A stretch of 64,000 nt of DNA from Octopus sinensis (GCF_006345805.1 NC_043003.1:51274001-51338000); one strand, 5' to 3'; shown: positions 27,407 through 40,679, counted from the first letter of the stretch. Notes: a model not told the origin generated them from the letters alone. Numbers and translations are program-made.

Positions 27407-27714
27407 AATACCGTACTTCAAACTATTTGGAGACAAACATTGAATCTGGCAACAATGTGGCCACACCACAGCTGAAGAACTCACAGCTGCATGCTGTTAA
27501 CAATCAGAATGGTGATGACGATGAAGAATTGAACATTTCTCTGCATGATGTCAATGGACAGAATGCAGATTGGTTGGCCTGCCTTTCTCTAAAGTTTGGG
27601 CTACCCCGAATATTGTTGACTGCTTTGGTCTTATTCTGTGCAGTTGTAATGATTTGGTTGTGTTTGACTGCAGCTGTGACTGCTCCAGAACATCGCATCC
27701 CTGCATCACCTCCA
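27407..27714 (+). CDS. TMEM59: TMEM59-family coding exon with transmembrane helix (...DWLACLSLKFGLPRILLTALVLFCAVVMIWLCLTAAVTAPEHRIPASPP)
   Basis: Long polypyrimidine tract plus tttcag acceptor; CCA|GTAAGT donor; 308 nt, phase 1 to 0. The hydrophobic TM segment is preceded by the conserved 'L.CLS' motif. Confidence 0.92.
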
Positions 27715-28264
27715 GTAAGTTTTTCTGTTTTTTGAACTTTAGGATGATTGTAAATAGGGTTATTTGGGAAAGTTTGTCAATTTAATATGATGATTATGTA
27801 AATAACATAACTTTTGTCAATAGTCTTGTGCATAAAAAACTGAAAATCAGAAGAGTAACATTCATACATATTCTTAATAAATTCCAGCAGATTCAAATAT
27901 GGATGTGCTAATCGCTGTTGTATCTTGTCTGTGGAGAATAACTTCTTTCAGACAATGTGTATTCCCAACGCACTCAATTCATTGAGGTGAGGGGACTTGG
28001 AGACACCTTACTGTTTCAACCTGGTTGTACCTCTTCAAGCAAAGCTACATTGAAACCAATGAATCTAAACAAAAATTTTGGTTCTTGTTTATAGAAATCA
28101 GCAAACAAATTATTTGCTGATGCATATTGATGTCTACCAAACCAATAAAAAAAATTGTCACATTCATGGAAAACAGCGAAAATCAAAATGACAAAATACA
28201 TTCTGGCAGATTCAAACAATAAGTAGATATGGTGAAAGACGTTCTATCTGGGGTTACATTAGAC

Positions 28265-28527
28265 CAGTGTTTCCCAAACTTTTTGTGCCAAATTGCAATA
28301 TCACCTATCTATCTGCCAAAAAATGCTCCATCACCCACCTGTGTAAAAAAAAAAAAGCCTGACACCCCCCAATACAGAAACCCCCCGTCATGTCTAGATA
28401 TCAGTAAATGCAGACTTAATTTCTAAACATTCATTGTCACCCCCAAAATGTTCATATCGCCCTCCATTTTCCAGAAATTCGCCCATCGCCTACCAGTGGG
28501 CGATATCGCCCACTTTGGGAAGCTATG
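28265..28527. mobile_element. hAT (Buster/Charlie-type) MITE with 8-bp TSD CATTAGAC
   Basis: Termini CAGTGTTTCCCAAA / TTTGGGAAGCTATG. Identical CATTAGAC at 28257-28264 and 28528-28535 (NNNTANNN pattern). Confidence 0.85.
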
Positions 28528-29311
28528 CATTAGACACTGAGGTGTGACTTGAAAGGAATTAGGCTACAGTTCTAGCAGGTTGACTGATTGTGTAGATACT
28601 CAGTTTTATAGTTATTTCTCTTCGTAGTTGCCTCCCTTGACTACTGCTTATGAACTGTAATTTTATAACCTTGGTTATAAAAAGCACAAAAGAAACCTAT
28701 TGTTTTGAAAGAATGGGTCTCTCGTCGGTTTCAATGATTAATTTTATGAAACCAATGGAACTATCTATTCATTGCGTTATGGTTTAAGTATTGATGTATT
28801 CCACTTAAATTTGTGCTTTTAGCATAAAACTCACTCAAGTTCAAGTGTGGCAAGTTTGGATCCCCAGAGTAGTCCACCCAATGGTTTTCTGTCCCTGCCT
28901 ACCCAATGCAGTTTCACAGACTTGGGTCAGCCTTCGAGAGCTGCTATGGGGTGAAACTTTAGAATCTCAAGTGAATTTTCTTATCACAAAGGCTTCCTTA
29001 TTTGCTAATAGGCTCATGAGTCCGACAATGGCTATGGTGGCTGCTATACCTTTGATTTAAAATATCTGATTACTAGTGTCTTCTCTACACACCCACAGGA
29101 AGAATTTGAATTCTGCTCTGCAAGACTACAAACCATATGTCAGTGTTTACAGCGATCCTACTTATTTAGGATGACAACAAGTTACTACGTTCAGCTAGAT
29201 GAACAAAGCCATTTGAAAGTTCAGTGACTTGGTCAAGTATGTAATGCAGTGCTTGTTGTCTGGATACAAACCAATAACCTTTGGCTGGTTGTCTAGTATA
29301 TATTTTATTTT

Positions 29312-29619
29312 TTTATGTGCCCCTTTTTCAAGCCTAGCCAGGCTCATGGGCTCAGTTTCCCGGTTTCTGTGGCATATGTGTTCCCCCCAGCTGGACGGGA
29401 CGATAGTCCATCGCAGCTTTACTCAAGAAACAGGAATAGAAAGTGAGAGAAAGTTGGGGCGAAAGAGTACAACAGGGGTCGCCACCACCCCCTGCTGGAG
29501 CCTCATGGAGCTATAGGTGTTTTCGCTCAATAAACACATGCAATGCCTGGTCTGGGAATCGAAACCACAATCCTCCGACCACGAGTCTGCTGCTCTAACC
29601 ACTGGGTCATTGTGCCTCC
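29312..29619 (-). mobile_element. tRNA-derived SINE (third family)
   Basis: Minus-strand head GGAGGCACAATGACCCAGTGGTTAGAGC..GGTTTCGATTCCC with A and B boxes. Confidence 0.75.
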
Positions 29620-29752
29620 GTTGTCTAGTATCTTATCCACTTAATCCATGAACTTGAATCATAAACCTAAACACTGTTGCACCACAGATATGTTATATCT
29701 ATGTGATTAATTCATTGTCCTTACTGTTCTCTCTTTGTTTTCCTCCTTCTAG

Positions 29753-29881
29753 AAACTCAGTATTTATGGTGACCTGGACTACCTGGTGGATTTTGAACAG
29801 AAGAAGATGAAGAAATGCCTTCCCCAAGACATAGTAGTTGCTGCTCCTCTTCCGGTGAACATCAAGAGTGACAGGATCTAA
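29753..29881 (+). CDS. TMEM59: TMEM59-family terminal coding exon (KLSIYGDLDYLVDFEQKKMKKCLPQDIVVAAPLPVNIKSDRI*)
   Basis: Strong pyrimidine tract plus ctag acceptor, phase 0. KLSIYGDL is identical to human TMEM59 as recalled; TAA at 29879-29881. The five exons total 843 nt, i.e. 280 aa plus stop. Confidence 0.92.
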   Translation, partial: KLSIYGDLDYLVDFEQKKMKKCLPQDIVVAAPLPVNIKSDRI

Positions 29882-30496
29882 TCACTGAGTGAACCAGAAG
29901 AGGATTCCTGGAGCAGCCAATTCTGAAACTGAAACTTCTGTCCCTCCTCCCCTCTCTGCTCCTACTCTTCTCCCTTCACTCTCTCTCTCCCACCCTCTTT
30001 GTTTTTGGCTGATCTGGTATACCTCAGTCGAAATATTTCTATTTACTTCTCAAACATTTCAGTTTTTTCAAATTATATACATATATATACACACACACAC
30101 ACATGTATTTTATGTGAATGTCTATGTGTGTATGTATGTATAATTGTATGTTTATGTGTGTGTGTATATATATATATATATATAATATATATATATATAT
30201 ATAGTGTGTGTGTGTATACATATATGCTTACACAACCATGTCGATGGATGCATGGGTGTATATCTATATAGATGTTTGTAAGTGGGTGTACATTGGAAAT
30301 TTGTTACTATTTTTTTGTTTTCTTTTGATTTTGTTTTTGATCACTACTGCAACATAAACTTTGTGGCATCAGAAAATTCTCTCCTCCCCCTCTTTGTTTT
30401 TTCCTCTTTAATATCAAAGATTACCATCTATTTGTTTTTTATAGTGTAATTCTATCATTTTTATGTGACAAAATGGGTAAAAGATCATATATATAT

Positions 30497-30550
<54 letters not shown>

Positions 30551-31364
30551 TTTAACCTCTTTGTTGTAAATGTTTTGTTTTTATTTTGGGTGCACTTTCG
30601 TTTTTTATCATGTAGGTTCCTGGTTGATATAGAAATCATTTGTATATCCCTAAAATGCTTTTTGTTTTCTTTTCTTTGTGGGGAAGGTATAAATAAAAAG
30701 AACTGAAGACCTACCGCAATTCTGCACTTCAAACTTTGTGGTTTATCTGTTTTAAATGAAGCAGTTTGAATATTAATAATAATAATAAAATATGGGACTA
30801 ACTTGTGACTTTCTCTCTTCATTAAGTAATAAAAAAAAAATGCCTATATAACTGGAATTATACAGTGACTCTCAGTAAAAGATTGATACTGCATTGCAGG
30901 CTCACACATACATGCATACATATACATACACATACTGAAAACTGTTGACAAATTTTAAAAACTTGAAAGATAAAGTAGAAAGAAAAAATGGAAAAAATTA
31001 CACCAACACACAAACAAAAAAATGCTACTAATCTCATTATCATGTGTCAGAATCTTTTTTTTAAAATTAATATCTAGATTTGATGGCTTAGCTTTGCTTT
31101 GTCCACTTTTCCAAATGTTTTTTTTTTTGGTTTTTTTTTCTTTTTAGGATTTAAAAAAAATAAAAATCTTTTTCTCTATATTTTGTATCACAATTTTTTT
31201 TTTATTTATTTTCTTAAATTCTATTTCCTTAGCCATTTTTTTTCTTTTCTGTATTAATTCAGCAACTTGTACATGGTTAAATTAAATTGTTTTATTCTTT
31301 CACAATTTCACAAACTTTTGACTTTGGCATGTAAATTTTGAAATGATCAAATTGAAGAAAGTTA

Positions 31365-31370
31365 AATAAA
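31365..31370 (+). terminator. Candidate poly(A) signal for TMEM59 (AATAAA); alternatives at 30692, 30784 and 30828
   Basis: AATAAA hexamers lie in a ~1.5 kb T-rich, TE-poor stretch after the stop. Actual site usage cannot be determined from sequence. Confidence 0.4.
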
Positions 31371-34300
31371 CTGTATTCCATACTCTTTGAAAGACTTCTT
31401 CACTGCCGACTGTTTGAGAGGGGAGACAAATCAATGTTATGTTTCTGTAGTTATTTCAGATCAAATCCTTTCCCGAGTCTTACTGAATTGATCAACTGTT
31501 GAATCCCTCTCGCTTCATGTAAGAAATCAGAGCTGCTCTTTTGGTGCCATTTTCTTAAATTATTTTTCTGTTCTGTCTTAAATTACTAATTTCTTTGGAA
31601 GCATAGACATGGCTGTCTGGTTAAGAAGTTTGCTTGGCATCTTGGGCAAGTGTCTTTTGATTATAGCCCAGGGCCAACCAGTCACTTGTGAATGGATTTG
31701 ATGGACAGAAACTGAACTAAGTCTGTCGTGTATGTGTGTCTCCTTGTCTTGATATTACATGAGAGTTGTAAATAGGGATTTTTTTTCTGTTTGGCTGTAC
31801 CTGTGGAAATTTCAGAGTTTATGGAAAATTCTAAAAAATTTGGTGTATTGATATAATTTTCCATGCTGAATCTCAGAAGATATTTCACTTTTTCCAGAAG
31901 ATTTTTGAAAGAAAGTTAGAGAGGTTTTAAAGTTTGGTAATTTTTACCCAGTCAAAAAAAAGATTTGAAAGCTGTCATTTTGTGCGTAACAGCACGTTGT
32001 CAACTTTAAGCAAATGAAATATCGGTGGAATTCTGCATTATGCACAACATAACCCCTCATAACTTTTTTATTTTTTGGAATCTTCTGAAAATTTTTGTGA
32101 ATTTGTATTCTACACACAGAAATTCATATGATTATGCAAAAACAAAAAAATTGGGGGTGCATGACTTAAGGCCTATTTAGCTGTTATTTTTAGCACATCT
32201 CATGACCACCTCAATGAGTAGAATATATTTGTCAACATATACTTTCTCGCAGACAAAAGAGTTCTTGAGCTTGTTACTATGAATATGTCTGTAGCTTAAG
32301 ATTTGCTAAAATTTGCAAACTTTAAAAACTTTTAACTCTATTTATTGATTTGTGGCAAAAATGAATTTTATGTCAATCATTTTACTCTCTTTTACTTGTT
32401 TCAGTCATTTGGCTGCAACCATGCTGGAGCACCGCCTTTTATCGAGCAAATCGACCCCAGGACTTATTCTTTGTAAGCCTAGTACTTATTCTATTGGTCT
32501 CGTTTGCCGAACTGCTAAGTTATGGGGACATAAACATACCAGCATCGGTTGTCAAGCAATGTTGGGGGGACGAACACACACACACACACATATATATATG
32601 TATACATATATACAATGGGCTTCTTTCAGTTTCCGTCTACCAAATCCACTCACAAGGCTTTGGTTGGCCTAAGGCTATAGTAGAAGGCACTTGCCCAAGA
32701 TGCCACGCAGTGGGACTGATCCCGGAACCATGTGGTTCGTAAGCAAGCTACTTACCACACCGCCACTCCTGCACCTACAAAACTACATTATTACACCAAA
32801 TATGAAACTAATTGGAACAGAAATTAAAGAAATTGAAAAGTGATAGCCAAACAGAAAAGATCCATAAATGTCACTGTCATATTTTACTTCCAATATTCTG
32901 CAAAAACATGTTAGGCCTTGAAGAAATATTACTTTATTTGGAAACAGGTGAGGGCATCTGCCTGAAGATAATCTGTCTCAATGAATTCTGTCTAACCCAT
33001 GAAAGCATGAAAAAGTGGGCATTAAACCGATGATAACAACAAAGGAGCCCATCTGCATATATGGCCACTTGTCCTCCTAGAAATAGCAGCCAAATTATTT
33101 GAAAATAACGTTCTTGTTGAAATGCTGAGAACTCAAGTCTACTTGATCGGATCTGATCTGGGCTTAAATAATGTATTTCTATTTGAAAAGTGTTTGACAT
33201 TAAATCCTTTTTTATTCACATCATTCAAAAATTGTCTAAATGAAAAAGAAATTCTTTTGTCTTTATTTATATTACTTTAATGATGTTTCTGTGTAGTGTA
33301 GTTACTAATTAGGTGAGACTTTAATGCTTAAGTAATTAGTTGCAATCCATATATCTAATGATCTCAGTCATTGGTTCCAAATTTCATCACTAAAATTCCC
33401 CTTCATTTTTTATTCATTTTTTTTTTATTTGTTTCAGTCATTAGATTGTGGCCATACTGGGGCATCACCTTCGAGAATCTTTTAGTCGCGTAAATTGACT
33501 CCATGACATTTTTAAAGCCTGGTACTTATTTTATTAATCTCTTTTGCCAAACCAATAAGTTATGGGGACATAAATACTCTAGTGCCAGTTGTCAAGGTGG
33601 TGTTGGACAGACACACAAAGATATCATCATTATCACTTAATGTCTGTTGTCCATGCCAGCATGGGTTGGACGATTTGACCAGAGCTGCACTAGCCTCCAA
33701 TCTGATTTAGCAAGGTTTCTACAGCTGGATGCCCCTCCTAATGCCAACCACCTTACAAAATATGCTAGGTGCTTTTATATGGCACTGGCACAGGACTCTT
33801 GCAGGCTAACCCCTTTCACCAGGGGAAGAGCAGCTTTAACACACACACATATGCGACAGGCTTCTTTCAGTTACCATCTACCAAATCCACTCACAAGGTT
33901 TTGGTTAGCCTGAGACGATAGAAGACATTTGCTGAAGGTGTCACACAGTTGGACTGAACCAGGAACCATGAGGTTGGGAAGCAAGCTTCTTATCACACAG
34001 CCCCACTAGATGAATTTTTCCATGAACCCCAAGCTCTTGAAAAGTCTCTTTACTCAATAAACCATCAATTTCATACTCAGTTGAGTTATGTAGAAAAACA
34101 CAGGCATGGATGTGTAATAAGAAGATTGCTTTCCAACCATGTGTCTTCTACTATAGCTCCAGGCTGTCCTAGGCCTTGTGAATGGATTTGGTAGGCAGAA
34201 ACTGATAGGCTGTGAGCTGGCAGAGCCGTTAGCACACCGGGCAAAATGCATAGCCATATTTCATCTGCCGTTACGTTCTGAGTTCAAATTCTGCCGAGGT

Positions 34301-36207
34301 CGACTTTGCCTTTCATCCTTTCGGGGTCAATAAATTAAGTACCAGTTACACACTGGGGGTCAATGTAATCACCTTAATCCGTTTGTCTGTCCTTGTTTGT
34401 ACCCTCTGTGTTTAGCCCCTTGTGGGTAGTAAAGAAATAGGTGTTTAGCAGCATTTTGTCCATCTTCACATTCTGAGTTCAAATTCTGGTATGGTTGACT
34501 TTGCCTTTCATCCTTTCAGGGTCGATAAATAAGTACCAGTTGAGTACTGGGTTCAATGTAATCAACTTACCCACTCCCTTGAAATTGCTGGCATTGTTTT
34601 ATCATTAGTAACAGTTAATTTGCCTATAGGACTTCTGTTGATCCAGCACCCTAGCCCACAACACTTGGTCTCCCATCCATAATACAGCCACTTTAGACAC
34701 AGGGCAATTTTTTGATACATTTAAAAATATTTAAAAGAGAAACAGGGTGTCATATGTGCCAGCAGATATGATAATGTTATCAGTTATGCACTCATTGCAT
34801 ACATATTTTTGACACAGGAAAAAGAATGGAACAACAATGATTTTTCCACACCTTAATTACTAAAAATTAGAGGAAACGAGGGAAATTCCTTCCAAAATAT
34901 GTTTGGTTAGTCATCTTAAATATTGACCCTTCCTCTTTCCTACAGAATTTTAGATTTCATTTTCTCTACCCATACTGGTCCATTTCTTCAAAGCTATTTT
35001 TTCTGTTCTTCATATTGCTAACATTCATCTCAGTTTTGTTCCCTTTTCACAATCACTGTAAATATGTTTGTTTATTATGCACCTTAAATGTTGGATGTAT
35101 TAAATACTTTGGCAAGTGAAAAACAAAATCAAAATCAAAATCGATCAACATCAATGGAAATCGTAGCTGTGATACCAGTGCCGGTGGCACATAAGAGAAC
35201 CATCCGAACATGGCCATTGCCAGTGGCATGTAAAAAGCACCATCCGATCGTGGCCGTTGACAGCCTCGCCTGGCCTCCGTGCCGGTGGCACGTAAAAAGC
35301 ACCATCTGATGGTGGCCATTTGCCAGCCTCGTCTGGCACCTGTGCCGGTGGCTCATAAAAAGCACCTGCTACACTCATGGAGTGGTTGGCGTTTGGAAGG
35401 GCATCCAGCTGTAGAAACACTGCCAGATCAGACTGGGCCTGGTGCAGCCTTCTGGCTTCCCAGACCCCAGTTGAACCGTCCAACCCATGCCAGCATGGAA
35501 AGCGGACGCTAAACGATGATGATGATGAGTGGCTACTAGTGTCATCTAGAGATTCTCTATGTAGTTGCATGTGCTGAAGAAATAGCAGCTAAAAATCTCC
35601 CACAAATTACATCCTATTGCAGTGGTACCTAACTTCCTCACTACCAAGGATCCCTTTATTTAAATTGATTTTCTCACCAACCCCAGGTTTTTTGAAAAGC
35701 CTGTTTATACCACAAACTTTGAACTAACAGCAACATCCTGATATGACTTTCGGGTGGGGACGTTTAGCAGAGTCTCCCTTCTGTATATCTTTATCTTTTT
35801 TTCTTGTTTCAGTTATTGGATTGCAGTCATACTGGAGCACTACCTTAAAGGGATTTCTTGAACAAATCAACCCCAGTACTTAATTGTTTTAATCTTGTAC
35901 GTATTCTTTAGGTCTCTTTTACACTGCTAAGTTATGGGGATATATACAAATCAATTGTATATATCAAGTCAAGTTATTCTAAGACAAACACACACACATA
36001 CTCTTTACCCTTTTACTTGTTCCAGTCATTTGATTGTGGCCATGCTGGAGCACCACCTTTAGTCGAGCAAATTGACCCCAGGATTTGTTTTTTGTAAGCC
36101 TGGTACTTAACCTATCGTTCCCTTATGCCGAACCGCTAAGTTACGGGGATGTAAACACACCCGCATCAGTTGTCAAGCAATGTTGGGGGGGGGGGCAGAC
36201 ACACAAA

Positions 36208-36269
<62 letters not shown>

Positions 36270-39173
36270 CGATGGGCTTCTTTTCATTTCCATCTACCAA
36301 ATCCACTCACAAGGCTTTGGTCAGCCTGAGGCTATAGTAGAAGACACTTACCCAAGGTGCCATGCAGTGGGACTGAACCCGGAGACATGTCGTTCGTAAG
36401 CAAGCTACTTACCACACAGCCACTCCTACACCTATATATATATATATATATTGGGAACAGTGAGGTAAAGCTATAAAATGATAGTCTCTAAACATTGGGT
36501 TGAAAAACCCTTTAGAAAGAAAAATGATGGATTTCTTCAGTTTCCATCAATCAAATTCACTAAGAAATCATTGATTGGCCTGGCACTAAACCTGAAACTA
36601 TGTGGTCACAAAGCAACTTCTTAACCATACGGCCATGTCTGCACCAACACTGCAAGCAACCCTCTGCTCAATCAAGTGAACCTACAAAATCAATGACTCT
36701 TTCCTCCCTTCTCTAACAAAAGCTATGAAATATATAAAAATAAAAATGAAAATTACTCCTCGAGATCTAAGACTAGCTGTATTAATAGTGCAGCAGCTTG
36801 TGTTTTTATTACCAAATTGGGGTGCTGCTTCAGAAAATTTTTAGCCATTGTTTTAATATTGTGTAAAAGGAAACAAACATATAAAAAGAATATTTATACA
36901 TAAACTTGATTGGTTCACTTTTTAGCCACTGCCGGATAGTTTGTTTAATTTGTTCACTGAACTTCACCGCGAATTCCCCCTTGTTTTTCAAAAATCCCAC
37001 CTAAATCACAAAATAAGGGGTGGGGGAATATGCCCGATTTTTCAAATCCTGGCAGCAACACTGAAGCTATTCGATACTATCATTTTCAAGAATATAAACA
37101 TGTTTTTAAACACAAGATACACAGAGTGAAAAAGAAACACTACCTATCACCAGCACACCGGGGATGGCACTGCGTGAACCCAGTGCTCTCTTCTTAGCGT
37201 GAAGCTTCCTATCTTGGATTCATGAGCATACACACAACAACCAAACACTGCATCGCTGCAGCTGTGAAGCGCACAGTTGTATACAAGGATTTTTGTATTT
37301 TTTCATAAACCAGGCAACTGATATTAATTGTAAGCATTATAGAAAGGCAGCGAGCTCGCAGAAACGTTAGCACGCTGGGCGAAATGCTTAGCAGTATTTC
37401 GTCTGCCGCTACATTCTGAGTTCAAATTCTGCCAAGGTCAGCTTTGCCTTTCATCCTTTCGAGGTCAATTAAATAAGTACCAGTTATGCACTGGGGGTCG
37501 ATATATTCGACTTAATCCGTGTGTCTGTCCTTGTTTGTCCTCTCTGTGTTTAGCCCCTTGTGGGTAGTAAAGAAATAAGTTTTTCTCCCATCTATATGTT
37601 CTGAGTTCAAATTCCACCTAGGTCGATTTTACCTTTCATCCTTTCAGGGTCGATGAATTAAGTACCAGTTGCATATTGGGGTCAATCTAGTCGACTGACC
37701 CCCGCTCCCCCAAAATTTCGGGCTTTATGCCTAGAATAGAAAAAAATCTTTTAAATCTTAAGGATTATATAACGTACATGTATAAAGAAAGAAATTGAAT
37801 GTTATCAATAATATCGAGTGGAAATAGGGGGTGCTGCAGTGCCTACACATGAGCCGCCACTGACAGAAATGCTATTCTCTGATGCAGCAGAATTTTTTTG
37901 TCAGTGAACAGATCGCAGTTTCAAGCAACGAAAAATTTGTCGCCATGTTACAAGTAAATGTTTTAGTGAAGAAAACAGTCTTTGTGCATTTCTGAATGGC
38001 TAGCTTGTGTCTTTTGCAATTGCTTTAGTTTCAGCACATGATGATGATCATCATCATCGTTTAACGTCCGCTTTCCATGCTAGCATGGGTTGGACGGTTC
38101 GACTGGGGTCTGGGAAGCCCGAAGGCTGCACCAGGCCCAGTCAGATCTGGCAGTGTTTCTACAGCTGGATGCCCTTCCTTAACACCAACCACTCTGTGAG
38201 TGTAGAGATAAAAATACTTGCTATGCAAATATATATCTGTCTTTTGAAGTTGTTGGTTGTATTCACAACTCCACAATGTAGACTTAGTAACTGTCTTCTG
38301 TGTGACAATTCGGTGGTGGTGGCAGTGTTTGGCTGCTCTTTGTCAAATCACACTATCGTCTTAAAAAGAAAGGCACATTGAGAAATGTTTTCCCAGATAC
38401 ATTGTGTAGAATAAGATAAAAAGAGGTGTGTTTATAGTTGGAATGCATGTGTTGATGTGTCACGTCTGCACCTACTTGGCTAAACAAAACAAAGAAAAGA
38501 CTAAAATATGACATTTCTACATCTAAAAAAAGTCTTGACATAATGTCTTTAACAATAGGACCACATGATCATAAACAAGATCATGTTCACATACCTGATA
38601 TTTTCTCTAAACTCACACACTGCTATCGAAAAAAAGACATAGGATTATGTAGCCTGGGATGGTCATGGTTAAAATATCTTTTATCATAGGTTAGCAGATC
38701 GTGGCTAATGATAAGAAATGCTTTTGATGGTTGTTATAGGTGGTGTTTAGCCTCAGATCAGCCTACGATCGCAGGCATTTCCGCTCATGACATATCTTTG
38801 GGTATACCATACATAGGTCTATTTTAACCAATGTGTCCTTTTATTTTAAGATAGTAGTGTGATCTGAGGCATATGTGGCTGCTATTTCTAGTAGGTTAAG
38901 CAACCATGTAGGGACTCCTATGTTTGTTTATTTCCAATAGTTGTCAAACAGGGTAAATCTAAGTATATCTCAAAGCAAATTCTTACAGTGTTGTACCATT
39001 GAATTATAAATAATGCTCATCTTGCAGATGGATCTGTATGTATAAAGTTCTACAAATTATATTTAAGTGTATCTTTCAAATGTCTTCACTTTGTCACGCT
39101 GAGATCGGAAACTACCCTGCAGTTAATAAACTACAGCAGTCAATTTACCGGTTAGAGAACATTTTTTTATTTA

Positions 39174-40490
39174 AAATTGAATAAGGGTAGAAATTGAGGA
39201 TCTTTTCGATTTGACCGGCAGTTTTTTCTTGCGGTGTCATATGAAATTGTCACCCATAATTATGATCCTAGTATTGATCTATTGCATTTTAATCTGTTTT
39301 AGGGTTAGGGTTATGGTTAAGGGTGGGGGGAAGAGTATCTTTTTTTCTTCAGAAATGTAAATAAACCCAATCTGTTTCTTAAACGAGGGACATATTCATA
39401 TGACACAGATTGTTTTTTTTTACCTCAATAGACGTCATTGATTGGTTGAAATTGCAGAAATTGAAGAAAAAAAAACAACAAATATCTTACAAACTATAGA
39501 ATTTTCTCAATAAAGCCAAGAGAAAAAGATGTTTTATAAACACATTCTACCAGTATACGAAGTTTAAAAGTGTTTAGTTACGTGGAAATTATTTTTAAAA
39601 CTGCCGTTCAAACCGAAAAGATCCGAAATTGATATTAATCAATTAAAACCAATAGCTTAGCATATTTTTTTTTAAATCCGAAGATTAAAAATTGTTTTAC
39701 ATACAAAATTTAGAGGACTGACCACTAAAAGTGGACAGCCTACATGCTAAACATAGATGTCAAATCGCCATTACCACAAAAAATGTGTTCTCAAGAAAAA
39801 TCTCAGCAAAAAAAAACAAAATGTAAAAATAAGCAAGACAAATGAAAATATACGAAATAATGAACGATTACCTATGTACCATTGGTTTCACTTGTTACAA
39901 ACATCTGCAAGATCATCAGCATAGTCTGTCGTCTACAAAACATAATTTCCAGAACTTGATACGGAACGCTCAACCGAAATCCAGCATGTATAAAGTTCTA
40001 CAAATTATATTTAAGTGTATCTTTCAAATGTCTTCACTTTGGCACGCTGAGATCGGAAACTACCACGCAGATGTTTGCGTGTCCATACACGTAAATACAA
40101 ACAAGTGAAACCAATGGTACATAGGTAATCGATTTTTATTTCGTATATTTTCATTTGTCTTGCTTATTTTTACATTTTGTTGCTTTTGCTGAGATTTTTC
40201 TTTCGATTTCAGGCACGGTAGCGCGGTACATAGGTAATCGTTCATTATTTCGTATATTTTCATTTGTCTTGCTTATTTTTACATTTGTTTTTTTTTTTTT
40301 TTGCTGATATTTTTCTTGAGAACACATTCTTCGTGGTAATGCCAATATGACGTCTATGTTTAGCATATAGGCTGTCCACTTTTAGTGGTCAGTCCTCTAA
40401 ATTTTGTATGTAAAACAATTTTTAATCTTCAGATTAAAAAAAATATGCTGGTTTGAATTGATTAATATCAATTTCTATGCTTATTTAATT
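39174..40490. mobile_element. Foldback-type element or long inverted repeat hosting the 39198 MITE
   Basis: 39633-39897 is the reverse complement of ~40099-40478 (the right arm has an internal ~110-bp duplication); spacer ~200 bp. Confidence 0.75.
39198..39624. mobile_element. MITE with ~29-bp TIRs (GGATCTTTTCG...) and 8-bp TSD GAAATTGA
   Basis: The TIR pair has 2 mismatches; TSD at 39190-39197 and 39625-39632. GG..CC termini plus an 8-bp TSD are compatible with Merlin- or MULE-like elements; superfamily uncertain. Confidence 0.85.
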
Positions 40491-40679
40491 TATATATATA
40501 TATGGTACGTAAAAAGCACCCACTACACTCGCGGTGTGGTTGGCGTTAGGAAGGGCATCCAGCCGTAGAAACACTGCCAGATCAGACTGGGCCTGATGCA
40601 GCCTTCTGGCTTCACAGACCCCAGTTGAACCGTCCAACCCATGCTAGCATGGAAAACGGACTCTAAATGATGATGATGA

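Noticed and set aside
29882-29926. Stop read-through extension SLSEPEEDSWSSQF* of TMEM59
   Set aside because: TAA-T is a poor read-through context, and the stop aligns with the human C-terminus.
37130-37300. GC-richer patch with a GCACTG/CAGTGC stem as an ncRNA gene
   Set aside because: Only a 6-bp stem, with no tRNA, snRNA or snoRNA motifs recognised.
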